Shown piece by piece: positions 1-11,055 of a DNA stretch of 64,000 bases. Source of the stretch: Nitrospirota bacterium (GTDB lineage Bacteria; Nitrospirota; UBA9217); the NCBI GenBank assembly GCA_963754875.1, contig CAVWHO010000020.1:256001-320000 (forward strand), written 5' to 3'. Under the pieces are notes generated by a model. It made no database searches. It saw nothing but the letters and a program-made list of their open reading frames with translations, and was not told the origin of the DNA. Within the stretch, counting starts at the first letter, position 1, and each line of letters opens with the position of its first letter. The translations under genes and the position numbers were made by a program.

Positions 1-2
1 TT

Positions 3-656
3 CAAGTAGCCGGCACCGATGCCAAAGTTCTTTCCGAAACCGACTTGCTTCAACTGTCCTGCGGGATTTACGGCTGCACGTCCAATTGCTGCACAAAAAG
101 CGCTCCCATCATCCTGAACCCCTACGAGATCGCCCTTATCTGCCGGGAAAGCAAGCTGAGCTACGAGGATTTCCTCGATATTGTGGAAACGGACCGGGCC
201 AGGGGTTTTCCACTCGTCATGTTGCCGCGTGACCCCGCATGCCACTTTTGGACGGGAAGAGGATGCCGTATATACCAAGCACGTCCGCTCGCCTGCCGGC
301 TGTTCCCGCTCGGCAGGGTGTTCAACAACGGCCAATCCTACATTGTGCTGCCGCAACTCAATGTTTGTTCAGGACTTGCGCCCTCTCCTGCAAAAACCCT
401 AGCGGATTATCTGCGGGAACAGGATACTTCCACGTCTATTCAAATGGCCGACCGCTGGATCGAGTTTGTGAACGAGATCGAACTGCAGCCGCTTCCTGAT
501 AAACCGGTCACTTCCATTGCCTTTCATATGCTCGTGTACAGTCCCGATACACCGCCTGCTGTCGGCGGTGTTGATCCTACGTTGGACCTCGAAGGTCGCT
601 TCCTCATGCGTCTTGTCACGGCGCGAGAACAGCTGCCGCGTTTTTTGACCCGTTGA
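3..656 (+). CDS. YkgJ/FliB-like cysteine-cluster protein (5' partial)
   Basis: Frame is open from the window start; C..C..NCC and C.F....GC.IY..RPLACRLFP motifs. Confidence 0.8.
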   Translation, partial: QVAGTDAKVLSETDLLQLSCGIYGCTSNCCTKSAPIILNPYEIALICRESKLSYEDFLDIVETDRARGFPLVMLPRDPACHFWTGRGCRIYQARPLACRLFPLGRVFNNGQSYIVLPQLNVCSGLAPSPAKTLADYLREQDTSTSIQMADRWIEFVNEIELQPLPDKPVTSIAFHMLVYSPDTPPAVGGVDPTLDLEGRFLMRLVTAREQLPRFLTR

Positions 657-730
657 TTAACGAAACTACTTATCGTGATGCGCCGTCTGGGGAGCAGCGA
701 CCGTATCTCCGTTGAGAGGAGGATGAATAG

Positions 731-3264
731 ATGCGCACACGGATCATCCTGATGAGCGGTATCGGCGCCGGGGTGCTCTTCTGGTTTCTGGACGCTTTTG
801 CGAACGCAGTGCTTTTCAAGAACGGCACGCTCCTGGGTCAGTTGTTCAAACCGACACTCCATGACGTGGGGACGAGACTGTTGGCCATTGCCGTTGCCGC
901 CATCTTCCTCACGATCGTCCAGAAAACGGTATCGGTGCAAAAACGGGCAGACGGAGCATTACGAGAGAACGACGAACAGTATCGCCTGGTGATCAACAAC
1001 ATAAACGATATCGTTTATCTGGCCGCCATCGGCGATCATGCCCGCAGGGGGAAGGTAGAGCTGGTCGGCGGACGCATTGAGCAGATCGTGGGATACCGGT
1101 CTGAAGAGTTCATCGAAGACCCGCAGTTATGGTTTCGAATCATGCACCCCGACGATGTACCGGTAATTCGCCAGTCTACAAAAAAGATCATTGCCAGCGG
1201 CAAAGCAGGCTCCCGGACATATCGCGTCCGCCACAAGAACAGCGGAGGGTATCTCTGGATCGAAGACAAGGTGATGCCGCGGTTCGACGGCAGCGGCACG
1301 GTCACCGGCTTTTTCGGAGTCGCCCGGGATATATCGGATCGTAAACGCCTGCAGGACGCCATCAAAACTGCCGTCATGCGGGCGGAGGATGAAAAAGCGA
1401 GGAGCGAAAGCATTCTTGAGGCCATCGGCGACGGTGTCAGCATCCAAGACAATGATTTCGTGTCCTCTACCAGAACCAGATCCACAAGAGTCTCGTGGGC
1501 CATCACGAAGGCGAGTTCTGTTTCCAGGCCTATGAAAAGAGGGAGCAGTGCTGCAATGGATGTCCCGTCGCCCTTGCCTATGCAGACGGGAAAATCCATA
1601 CCGTAGAGCGGTCAGCACCGTCCGGGTCCGGGCTTCTCTATCTGGAAATAACCGCCTCCCCGCTCCTGGATTCAACAGGCGCGATTATTGCCGGTATCGA
1701 GGTTGTTCGGAACATCACGCTGCGTAAAAAAGCAGAGAAGAACCTTAAAGAGTCGGAGGAAAAATTCCGCACTCTCTTTGTAGAATCAAAAGACGTGTTC
1801 TATATCAGCACGCTCCAGGGGAAATTTACGGACATCAATCCGGCGGGTGTAAAACTCTTCGGATATGACTCCAAAGAAGAACTTCTCAGCATCGATATCG
1901 AGCGTGATCTGTATGTGTACCCGGCCGAAAGAAAACGGTTCGTCGATATCGTTCAGGAGTCAAATTACGCAAAGGATTATGAAGTGCTTATGAAACGGAA
2001 GAACGGGGAGAAACTGACCGTTCTTATAACCAGCACGCCGCTCAGGAGCGAGCGGGGAGAGGTTATCGCCTTCCGCGGGGTCATCAGAGACGTCACCGAA
2101 CAGAAGAGACTCGAACACGAGTTGTTGCATTCGCAGAAAATGGAAGCAATCGGACTTCTTGCCGGCGGCATAGCGCACGACTTCAACAACATCCTCACCG
2201 CCATCCTCGGTTATGCAAATCTGCTCAGAAAAAAAATAAACGATGATCAATTGAAAGATTATCTAGAGCAGGTCGTCGAGGCAGCGGAACGGGCGTCCCA
2301 TTTAACGAAGAGCATCCTTACCTTCAGCCGGAAGCAGATGCTGAATCCGCAGCCGGTCGATTTGAATGAAATCGTCGGAAGAGTGCAGAAGTTTCTCGCG
2401 CGCCTTATCGGCGAAGACATTGCACTGAAGGCCGTGCTTGCCGTCGCTGATCTCATGGTCATGGCGGACGGAAGTCAGATTGAGCAGGTGCTGATGAACC
2501 TTGCAACAAACGCCCGCGATGCAATGCCGGGCGGCGGCTCGTTGATCATAGAAACAGCGAGGATTAGATTGGATGAAGAGTTTGTTAAGGTGCATTCCTA
2601 TGGAACACCCGGGGTGTATGCTCTTCTCTCCGTGAGTGACACAGGCACGGGCTTCGACGAGTATGAGCGGCAACGGATTTTCGAACCTTTTTTTACGACC
2701 AAAGAGTTCGGGAAAGGCACGGGCCTGGGGCTGTCAATCGTCTACGGCATTATCAAACAGCATAGGGGATATATCAATGTCTACAGCGAGATAAAGCACG
2801 GGACCACATTTAGAATATACTTGCCCCTCATGGAAAAGAAAGCTGAAGACTCGACCATTATTGAAGCTGCAACCGTTTCCCCGGGTGGATCGGAGACCAT
2901 ATTGCTGGCGGAAGACGAAGCGAGTGTCAGGAAACTCAACACGCTTATTCTTGAAGAGGCCGGATATACGGTTATAGCGGCACGGGACGGCGAAGAGGCG
3001 GTGCAAAAGTTCATCGAGAACAGAGATCGGATCAATCTCATCATCCTCGATGTCATCATGCCGAATAAAAGCGGCGAAGAAACGTATCAAGAGATCCGGC
3101 ATATAAGCCCGTCGGCAAAAGCGTTCTTTACGAGCGGCTACACTGCCGACAGCATCCACGGCAGGGGCATGCTCGGTGCTGAAGAAAATATCACATCCAA
3201 GCCAGTCGCCCCGACCGAGCTCTTGCGCAAGGTGCGCGAGGTCCTTGACAGGCTGGCTGGTTGA
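731..3264 (+). CDS. Membrane-anchored multi-PAS hybrid sensor histidine kinase/response regulator, split by a 1-nt frameshift near 1459
   Basis: ORF 731-1606 (2 TM + PAS) continues into ORF 1495-3264 (PAS, AHDFNN H-box, GTGLGL G2 box, C-terminal REC). Adding one base restores IQDNDF-RVLYQNQIHK. Confidence 0.88.
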
Positions 3265-3327
3265 TGCGAGAAGGAATGAATCGCCCCTTCGTTGTTGTTC
3301 TCTTCCCCCCCCATCCCTTAACTTTTG

Positions 3328-3356
3328 TTGACATGACCATGCGCACCCTATATTAT
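3328..3356 (+). promoter_or_regulatory. Sigma70-type promoter for the SLT gene
   Basis: TTGACA-17 bp-TATTAT. Confidence 0.6.
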
Positions 3357-3416
3357 ATATACTAGCAGCGAGTGAGCAGTATCATACTGATGATGTATTT
3401 CAGCCAGGTATCCCCT

Positions 3417-5834
3417 ATGTTGGCATCCCGTACGATTATCCCGGTGTTTCTCCTGCTCTTCCTGGCGGCCTGCGGCCCGAAGAAGACTCTTCCGATTGAT
3501 ACAACCGGGAGTACGGGACCAAGCCGCTCTGCGCACAATCCTCTCGCACGACAATATTCAATACCCGCACTCATAAAAGACCCGGAGCTGAGGCTGAGGG
3601 CCGCTCTCGATGCCTCGCGGGCGGGAAATTATGAAACCGCGTTGCGCTTTTCCCGGCGCGTCGTGGAACAGTATCCGGGGACGGCCTGGTACAAACGAGC
3701 GCTCTTCGTGTCCGAACAGGCATTGATTCAGCTCGATCGCGCGTCTGAAGCCGATGCAGCCATGCTTCGCGTAGGTGAAGAATATCCTGCGCTTGCCGAT
3801 TACGCAGTTTATCTGCTCGCAGACTATCATTACTCCAAGGCCCGGTACAGCCGGGCCGTTGCCCTCTATCAGGACGTGATGGAAAAATATCCGCGGAGTT
3901 CCCTCGCCGTTCAGGCAGCGTACCGCCGGGGCCTTGCTCTTCTCGCATCCTCGTCCTATCTTCCCGCTATCGACGCATTTGAAAAATTTCTGGAGGACTA
4001 TCCGCACTCCGATCTTGCGCCAAATGCCGGCATCGGGCTCGCGCGGGCGTTGGCCGCCGAAAAACAACTGGACCGTGCAGTGCTTGCCTACCGCGAAGTG
4101 TGGACACGGTATGCCGGCACCGACGCGGACCAGGAAGCGGGGCAGGCGCTCCGGGAATTGAAAACAAGCGGCGTCCCCGTTACCGACTTCACGGCCGGAG
4201 AATTGTACGAACGAGGGAAAAACCTTTTTCGGTTGAACCAATACGACAAAACGGTAGATACGTTCAGAAAGCTGCTTGATCGTGAGCCGTCCTTTCCAGC
4301 CCGCGCAGAGGTGCTGTTTCGGACCGGCGTCTCACTGTTCAATCTCGCAAAACGCAGCGATGCCGCCGTGGTCCTGGAAAAGATGGTGCGCGACTATCCT
4401 GCTGATCCCCGGACGCCGGAAGCGCTCTACTGGCTCGGCAAGTCGTACAGCACGCTTGGAGACTGGGACCGGGGTGTTAAGACGTTCCAGAAGATCCTTG
4501 ATCGTTTTCCGGGGAGTGACTGGGCGGATGATGCGCTGTTCCTCACCGGGAACATCTATCGCGAAGCAGGCGACGTAAAAAAGGCGCTTAACTATTATGC
4601 ACGTCTGGTGGAGGAATATCCAGACAGCAACTTCGCCGACAGCGCCCTATGGTGGGGGGCCTGGTCCTCCTATACCGCCGGCAACTATAAAAAAACAGAA
4701 CAGGACCTGCAGGAGCTCATCAGCCGCTATCCCCATTCCTTTCTCGTCAACCAGGCGCGTTACTGGCAGGGTAGGGCCGCAGAAAAAAGAGGCGATCCCG
4801 TCCGCGCGATAGGGTACTATGGGCGGGTCCTTAAGGAAGGCCCCTACACTTATTATGGGAACCGCTCCGCGGAACGGAAACAACGGCTCGAGGCCGCCGG
4901 TACCGTGGAGAATGCCGACGCTAGTGCCGAACCGGAAGCGCTCTGCGTTAATGTCTCCTGCGCTGAAGACCTCTTGAGTTCCTTCGAGACCGATGACGGT
5001 CCTCCGGAATGGACTGAAGAGACGAAGCAGGTACTGGCCGCCAATCCCTCATTCCGGAAGACACTCGAACTGATGCAGCTGGACTTGAAAAAAGAGGCGG
5101 CGCAGGAGCTGTGGTCACTGCAGGACACCACGCCGAGAAAACGGGGTATGCTGATCGGTCTCAGCAAGGCGTTCTTCGAACTCGGCGATTACAACCGTTC
5201 GCTCATACTGGTGCTTAGAAATTATGAGCGATATCTGCCGGCGCCTGCCAAGGGGGTCACCGAAGACCTGTGGCTGCTTGCCTATCCTCAGGGCTACTGG
5301 GAGACCATCCTGTCCTATTCCCGCAAATACGGCCAGGACCCTTTATTCATTGCCGCCGTTATCCGTGAGGAGAGCCAGTTTTCCCCCAATGCGCTTTCAC
5401 CGGCTGGGGCAAGAGGTCTGATGCAGGTTATGCCGACAACCGGGGAGCGTGTCGCGCGGCTGATCAAACTCAAGGATTTCGACCGGGGGAAACTCTTCGA
5501 TGCAGACACCGCGATCAATATCGGAACATGGTACATCGGCCAATTGATGAAACGGTTCAAAAACGATCCGCTCCTCGTTGCTGCGGCGTATAATGCAGGG
5601 CCCGAGGCCGTGGCCGCTTGGCTCGCAAAATACGGATACCAGGGAGAGCACGAGGCTTTTGTCGAGGCGATCCCCTTTGCCGAGACCCGGGGATATGTAA
5701 AAAAAGTATTGCGGAATTACGCGGAGTACAAAAGGATATACGGCAATCCGAAGGAACCGACGGCGAGTGCGCAATCCCAGGACCAAGACGGGACAGTATC
5801 GAAGAATACGGCAAGGAACATCCAAAATCCATAA
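3417..5834 (+). CDS. TPR-repeat lipoprotein with C-terminal soluble lytic transglycosylase (SLT) domain
   Basis: Lipobox LAAC, many TPR/BamD-like repeats, SLT motifs IREESQF, GLMQ, AAYNAG. Start could be 3372. Confidence 0.88.
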   Translation: MLASRTIIPVFLLLFLAACGPKKTLPIDTTGSTGPSRSAHNPLARQYSIPALIKDPELRLRAALDASRAGNYETALRFSRRVVEQYPGTAWYKRALFVSEQALIQLDRASEADAAMLRVGEEYPALADYAVYLLADYHYSKARYSRAVALYQDVMEKYPRSSLAVQAAYRRGLALLASSSYLPAIDAFEKFLEDYPHSDLAPNAGIGLARALAAEKQLDRAVLAYREVWTRYAGTDADQEAGQALRELKTSGVPVTDFTAGELYERGKNLFRLNQYDKTVDTFRKLLDREPSFPARAEVLFRTGVSLFNLAKRSDAAVVLEKMVRDYPADPRTPEALYWLGKSYSTLGDWDRGVKTFQKILDRFPGSDWADDALFLTGNIYREAGDVKKALNYYARLVEEYPDSNFADSALWWGAWSSYTAGNYKKTEQDLQELISRYPHSFLVNQARYWQGRAAEKRGDPVRAIGYYGRVLKEGPYTYYGNRSAERKQRLEAAGTVENADASAEPEALCVNVSCAEDLLSSFETDDGPPEWTEETKQVLAANPSFRKTLELMQLDLKKEAAQELWSLQDTTPRKRGMLIGLSKAFFELGDYNRSLILVLRNYERYLPAPAKGVTEDLWLLAYPQGYWETILSYSRKYGQDPLFIAAVIREESQFSPNALSPAGARGLMQVMPTTGERVARLIKLKDFDRGKLFDADTAINIGTWYIGQLMKRFKNDPLLVAAAYNAGPEAVAAWLAKYGYQGEHEAFVEAIPFAETRGYVKKVLRNYAEYKRIYGNPKEPTASAQSQDQDGTVSKNTARNIQNP

Positions 5835-5861
5835 AATCCGGGGTGGCGCAGGGAGCTAGGC

Positions 5862-6116
5862 ATGCCGACAAGTCGGAGCGGGAAAAATAGTGAGAACGAG
5901 CTTGAAGTGCGTTTCGGCGTGATAGAAAATCGGGTGAAGGCGCTTGTGGTGGAAAACAAGGGTCTCAAAGCCCGCATGAGTGAACTGGAAGAGGAACTGG
6001 CACAAGCAAAACGAGAGGCCCTGGAGCTGGAACACTTCCTCGGCAAGAAACTGCATATCCGGGAAAAAATCGAGAGGGTCCTGCAGCAACTCGATACGGT
6101 CGGCATCAAGAAATAG
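5862..6116 (+). CDS. Small coiled-coil protein, ZapB-like
   Basis: 84 aa heptad-rich sequence ending IREKIERVLQQLD. Confidence 0.55.
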   Translation: MPTSRSGKNSENELEVRFGVIENRVKALVVENKGLKARMSELEEELAQAKREALELEHFLGKKLHIREKIERVLQQLDTVGIKK

Positions 6117-6156
6117 GGACGAGTCGCCGGGGCGTGCCGGCACCCGTGATATCGCC

Positions 6157-7059
6157 ATGAACCAGAATGATATTTTTTATAAAACGCTCCTCGACAATCT
6201 TTACGATGGCGTCTATTTCGTGGACCGCGACCGGAATATTACCTACTGGAGCAAAGGCGCCGAACGCATAACCGGATATACAGCTGCTGAAGTGCTCGGC
6301 AGATCCTGTTCCGATAATATCCTCCTGCACGTTGACAAAGACGGGAACAGCCTGTGCACGGAGATCTGTCCGCTCTTGAACACAGTAAACGACGGCAGGG
6401 TCCGGGACGCCGATGTCTATCTGCACCATAAGGATGGACACCGCGTGCCCATCACGATGCACGTTGCTCCCATTCATGACGACCAGGGCTCGATCATCGG
6501 CGGCGTGGAGATCTTTACCGACAATACGCCGGCCGTAATTGCACTCGGACGGCTTGCGGAGCTCGAACGGCTGGCCTACGTTGATGAACTCACCGGGCTC
6601 GCGAACCGGCGTTACGCCGAGATCACGCTGAGGTCGCGGATCGAAGAACTACAGCGATATGGATGGCGTTTCGGCGTTCTTTTTATCGACATCGACCATT
6701 TCAAGGACATCAACGACCGGTTCGGTCACGACCGCGGGGACGAGGTGCTGAAGATGGTTGCCAAGACGCTCCAGAACAGCGTCCGGTCCTTCGATGTCGT
6801 CAGCAGGTGGGGCGGGGAAGAGTACGTGGTAGTGATCGCGAACGTGGAAGGGAACGAACTCACTGCCACGGCAAACCGCTGCCGGCTGCTTGTGGAGAAG
6901 TCCAGTATTCCGAAAGTCCCCTCACTCCGCGTCACAATCTCCCTCGGCGCTACGCCTGCCCGCAGGGACGACACGATCGATTCGCTCATCAAACGCGTGG
7001 ACATGCTCATGTATAAAAGCAAACAGGCAGGCAGAAACCGGTTGACGGTGGAAGAATAA
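6157..7059 (+). CDS. PAS-domain diguanylate cyclase
   Basis: PAS domain, D.LTGL.NRR, DIDHFK.IND, GGEEY active site with RSFD I-site. Confidence 0.92.
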   Translation: MNQNDIFYKTLLDNLYDGVYFVDRDRNITYWSKGAERITGYTAAEVLGRSCSDNILLHVDKDGNSLCTEICPLLNTVNDGRVRDADVYLHHKDGHRVPITMHVAPIHDDQGSIIGGVEIFTDNTPAVIALGRLAELERLAYVDELTGLANRRYAEITLRSRIEELQRYGWRFGVLFIDIDHFKDINDRFGHDRGDEVLKMVAKTLQNSVRSFDVVSRWGGEEYVVVIANVEGNELTATANRCRLLVEKSSIPKVPSLRVTISLGATPARRDDTIDSLIKRVDMLMYKSKQAGRNRLTVEE

Positions 7060-7081
7060 TCAAGAGCAGAGGACCTCCTCT

Positions 7082-7813
7082 TTGGACATTATTACCGCAC
7101 AAAAACTTGTTAAAGACTACGACGGCCTCCGGGCCGTGGACAGCATCGACTTTACGATCAAGCAGGGTGAGTGTTTCGGCTTTCTCGGGCCGAATGGCGC
7201 GGGCAAGACGACGGTCATGCGCGTTATTTCCTGTTTCCTGCCGCCGACCGGCGGCTTGGTAACGGTCTTTGGCATGGAGGTGACTAACGGAGCGAGCGAG
7301 ATAAAAGCGAGGATCGGCGTGATGCCGCAGGACAACAACCTCGACCCCGATCTTTCGGTGATCGAAAATCTCGTCGTCTATGCTCGCTACTTCGATATCC
7401 GGAAAAAGGACTCGCTCCGTCTGGGTCGTGCGCTCCTGGAATTCGTCGAACTTCAGGACAAGACCGGCGTCAAGATCGACGAACTTTCCGGAGGAATGAA
7501 ACACAGGCTGTTGCTCGCCCGTTCGCTCGTCAACGATCCGGAGATCCTGGTCCTCGACGAGCCCACGACGGGCCTGGATCCCCACAGCAGGCGCGCGGTC
7601 TGGGACAAGCTCAACCATCTCAAGAAAAAGAACACTACGCTCCTGCTCACGACGCACTACATGGAAGAAGCGGAAAAGCTCTGCGACCGAGTCGCCATCA
7701 TGGATTCGGGCAAGATCGTGGCCGTCGACACGCCTGCCGATCTCATCGCGACCCATGGAGGCAATCTCGAAGATGTGTACCTCAAACTGACGGGGAGGAG
7801 CCTTGCGGATTAA
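7082..7813 (+). CDS. ABC-2 exporter ATP-binding protein (NodI-like)
   Basis: GPNGAGKT Walker A, LSGG signature, LDEPT, TTHYMEEA. Confidence 0.9.
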   Translation: MDIITAQKLVKDYDGLRAVDSIDFTIKQGECFGFLGPNGAGKTTVMRVISCFLPPTGGLVTVFGMEVTNGASEIKARIGVMPQDNNLDPDLSVIENLVVYARYFDIRKKDSLRLGRALLEFVELQDKTGVKIDELSGGMKHRLLLARSLVNDPEILVLDEPTTGLDPHSRRAVWDKLNHLKKKNTTLLLTTHYMEEAEKLCDRVAIMDSGKIVAVDTPADLIATHGGNLEDVYLKLTGRSLAD

Positions 7814-8558
7814 GCGCGCCTTCAGGGTCTGGCAGCGGCACTGGCTGGTCTATACCAAACTCTATCGAACAAGTTTTGCCCTCAATTTTGCCGAACCGGC
7901 GCTTTATCTGGTCGCCATGGGGCTTGGGCTGGGCTCGTTTGTAAAAGACATTCATGGCCAGCCGTACATAAAATTCATCGCGCCCGGCATCGTGGCCTCG
8001 TCTTCGGTATTCGCGGCAGTGTACGAGTGCACCTACGGCACGTACATACGCATGACGTTCCAGAAAACGTTCGACGCGATCCTCGCCACGCCGATAAGCC
8101 TCGACGACCTTGTCATGGGCGAGCTTCTCTGGGGCGCCACCAAGAGCGTGATCTTCGGAATCACCATCACCATCGTAATAGCCCTTTTCGGGCTTGTCGA
8201 TTCTCCACTCATCGTGTGTGTGGTCCCCTTTGTCTTTTTGGGCGGACTTATCTTCGCGGAACTCTCGCTCATATTCTGCGCCATCGTACCGGGCATCGAT
8301 TTTTTCAGTTACTTTTACACGCTTTTCATGACGCCGCTGTTCCTTTTTTCCGGTATTTTCTTTCCCCTCGACGCCATGCCGCGCGTTGTCGCTGATCTCG
8401 CCTTCTTTACGCCTCTGTACCACCTGGTCAACATCTGCCGTGCTTTTTCTTCAGGCACGGTCATGAATGCCCTCTGGAGCATCGTCTGGATCATTGTCGT
8501 TACGGCACTCCTTGCGCCGTTCCCGTTCAAGCTTATGCGAAAAAGGGTCATCCCGTAG
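7803..8558 (+). CDS. ABC-2 exporter permease (NodJ-like)
   Basis: About 6 TM helices, FIAPG, FSGIFFP; overlaps the ATPase gene. Confidence 0.88.
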   Translation: MRIKRAFRVWQRHWLVYTKLYRTSFALNFAEPALYLVAMGLGLGSFVKDIHGQPYIKFIAPGIVASSSVFAAVYECTYGTYIRMTFQKTFDAILATPISLDDLVMGELLWGATKSVIFGITITIVIALFGLVDSPLIVCVVPFVFLGGLIFAELSLIFCAIVPGIDFFSYFYTLFMTPLFLFSGIFFPLDAMPRVVADLAFFTPLYHLVNICRAFSSGTVMNALWSIVWIIVVTALLAPFPFKLMRKRVIP

Positions 8559-8852
8559 TTGCCTTCCTGTGCCTGGGGAGGCGGCCCTCGATGGTTCCGC
8601 GGGGACAACCGAGGCGCTTATCACAGAACGGCACTTCCTCCTTTTCGCCGGGATGGGGTATGCGGTCGGCCCAGCGGAAAAAAGCGGGGATAAGGGCGAG
8701 GGGACAAGCCGCCAGGAAGGTTGCGAAAAACGCGGATAAAGGGGTGATAGGGGTCCCGAAAAATGATATGATGATCAACTATGATATAATAATTAACGAA
8801 CCGAATGATTCAGTACGATCACGGTTTTCCGCTCTTGGTCCGGACATCAGGC

Positions 8853-9860
8853 ATGCAAAAAACAGCCCCAACACGATTGCTTCTTGCCGGAGATATCGGC
8901 GGCACGAAAACACGGCTCGGACTCTTTTTACGTTCTCGGAAAGGTCTCAGCATGGTAGTTTGCCGGACCTTCCCGTCCCGGGACTATAAGGGCCTGGAAA
9001 CCATAATCAGCGAATTCCTGCAAGACTACAGGCAGGTCTCGGCTGCGAGTTTCGGCGTTGCTGGCCCGATTGTCAAGGGAAGCGTACTAGCCACTAATCT
9101 TCCCTGGGCGTTTTCGGAACGCTCCCTCATCCGTTTTCTCGCAATTCCGCATGTCGCACTGATCAACGATCTCGTTGCAAACGCTTACGGCATCACGGTC
9201 CTTTTGGGAAAGGACGTTGCCATTTTGCAGAGAGGCAGGAAGATTCAGGGAAACGTCGCCCTGTTGTCTTCGGGTACGGGGCTCGGCTCTTCCATCCTTT
9301 TCTGGGACGGCGCGAAGCATGTGCCATCTCCTTCCGAGGGAGGACACATTGATTTCGGTCCGAAGAACCGTATCGAGCTGGATCTTCTTGAGTTTCTTTT
9401 TGAACGGTTCGGCCACGTAAGCTATGAACGGATCCTCTCCGGACCCGGGCTCTTGCATATTTATCAGTTCTTGAAATATACACGCAAATACGGCCCTGAG
9501 CCGGCGTGGCTTGCCGATCAATTCCAACATGCAGACCCTGCTGCCGTCATTGCCGAAGCAGCCAGACTCCGGAAGAGCCGCCTCTGCTCCAAGGCGCTGG
9601 ACATGTTCGCTTCCATCTACGGCGCCGCAGCAGGCAACCTCGCGCTTCAGGTCATGGCCATGGAGGGAATCTACCTGGGCGGCGGCATTGCGCCGAAGAT
9701 CATCTGGAAACTGAGAGACGGAACGTTCATGAAGGCATTTACAAGTAAAGGGAGGCTTTCCTCCATTGTCGAGCATATTCCCGTAAAAGTCATCATGAAC
9801 GATAACGCCGCATTGCTCGGAGCTGCCGTCCATGCTGCCCGGCTGATTACGGAGAGATAA
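8853..9860 (+). CDS. glk: Glucokinase
   Basis: AGDIGGTKT, GVAGP, LIND, GTGLG, SEGGH, GGIAPK motifs. Confidence 0.92.
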   Translation: MQKTAPTRLLLAGDIGGTKTRLGLFLRSRKGLSMVVCRTFPSRDYKGLETIISEFLQDYRQVSAASFGVAGPIVKGSVLATNLPWAFSERSLIRFLAIPHVALINDLVANAYGITVLLGKDVAILQRGRKIQGNVALLSSGTGLGSSILFWDGAKHVPSPSEGGHIDFGPKNRIELDLLEFLFERFGHVSYERILSGPGLLHIYQFLKYTRKYGPEPAWLADQFQHADPAAVIAEAARLRKSRLCSKALDMFASIYGAAAGNLALQVMAMEGIYLGGGIAPKIIWKLRDGTFMKAFTSKGRLSSIVEHIPVKVIMNDNAALLGAAVHAARLITER

Positions 9861-9915
9861 GATCATAACTCTTGTATGCAGACGTCTCGCTTCTCGCCCA
9901 AGGCTGTACGCGGCA

Positions 9916-10767
9916 ATGCTCCTGATTGTGCTCTGTGTCCGTGCTTCGCTGTCATCCGGAGAAGAACCTGCTCATCCTGTTGACCGTGCGTATCAGAAGG
10001 TTCAACAGCCCGGCGAATCACAACAGCAAGCAACAGTTGCACTGGATAAGGAGTATTTCATCGGGTATTGGTCTGACACAAAAAACATCCTGACCTCTCC
10101 GGGCAGATGGGAATCATCGGACTGGATTACAGCATCTCTGGTGACCGGCGCAGCAGCAGGACTGTTCACGCAGGACGACAAAATCAAGACGTGGGTGCAA
10201 AAAAACAAAACCGGTTCCACTTCACACCTGGCTGATGGTACCTCGAAGATGTATACATACTCCTTCCCAGCCATTGCAGGACTCGGTGTGTACGGGTATT
10301 TGGCCGCAGATCAAAAAGCAACGACTGCGTTTTTGCTCGGGACGGAGAGCGCCATTATCACGGCCGTTTTTGTCCAGAGCTTAAAGCGTTCGACCGGAAG
10401 GCACCGGCCTTATACGGGCGACTCGCACGATACATGGTCCGGTCCGACCCTTTCCGGCCACAATGACCATTTGTCGTTCCCCTCCGGAGACGCTTCAACG
10501 GCCTTTGCGATGGCGTCTGTCGTGGCTTCCGAATACGACAACATGATAGTGCCGCCCCTGGTTTACACGGTGTCAGTGCTCGTGGCTCTCGAGCGTGTGT
10601 ATAACAACGCCCACTGGTCTTCCGATGTATTCCTCGGCTCGGCCATCGGTTATTTTACCGGGAAGGCGATTGTACGGTATCACACGGGCATGAGAGAAAC
10701 CCATTTGTCGATCGTGCCTCTGGTAAACGGAAAAGAACTGGGTTGTCTTTTGTCTTACCAGTACTAA
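9916..10767 (+). CDS. PAP2-family phosphatase
   Basis: K...GRHRP, SFPSG(D), R......HW.SDV. The usual PSGH His is replaced by D. Confidence 0.8.
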   Translation: MLLIVLCVRASLSSGEEPAHPVDRAYQKVQQPGESQQQATVALDKEYFIGYWSDTKNILTSPGRWESSDWITASLVTGAAAGLFTQDDKIKTWVQKNKTGSTSHLADGTSKMYTYSFPAIAGLGVYGYLAADQKATTAFLLGTESAIITAVFVQSLKRSTGRHRPYTGDSHDTWSGPTLSGHNDHLSFPSGDASTAFAMASVVASEYDNMIVPPLVYTVSVLVALERVYNNAHWSSDVFLGSAIGYFTGKAIVRYHTGMRETHLSIVPLVNGKELGCLLSYQY

Positions 10768-11055
10768 TGCAGGGACGGGGACCGAGGAAAAATTTGCTGA
10801 TATATATCAGGTTTTATTTTATGTATTCTTTGACATGCATTTTATCTCTCGTTGCCGCATAAGAATAAGGAATGGACACATTGAGCACCGCCTCTGTGCC
10901 GTACTTTTCGGACAAACAATAAGGAAACCGGCCAATGCTTACCACCGGATGCGGCTGGGCCTTTATAAAAAAATACCTACTGCATGGCTCAAGTGGCAGC
11001 GGTCGTGATATCTGGCCGATAGCTCTTTTACTCCTACTCTTATCGGAGACGAACG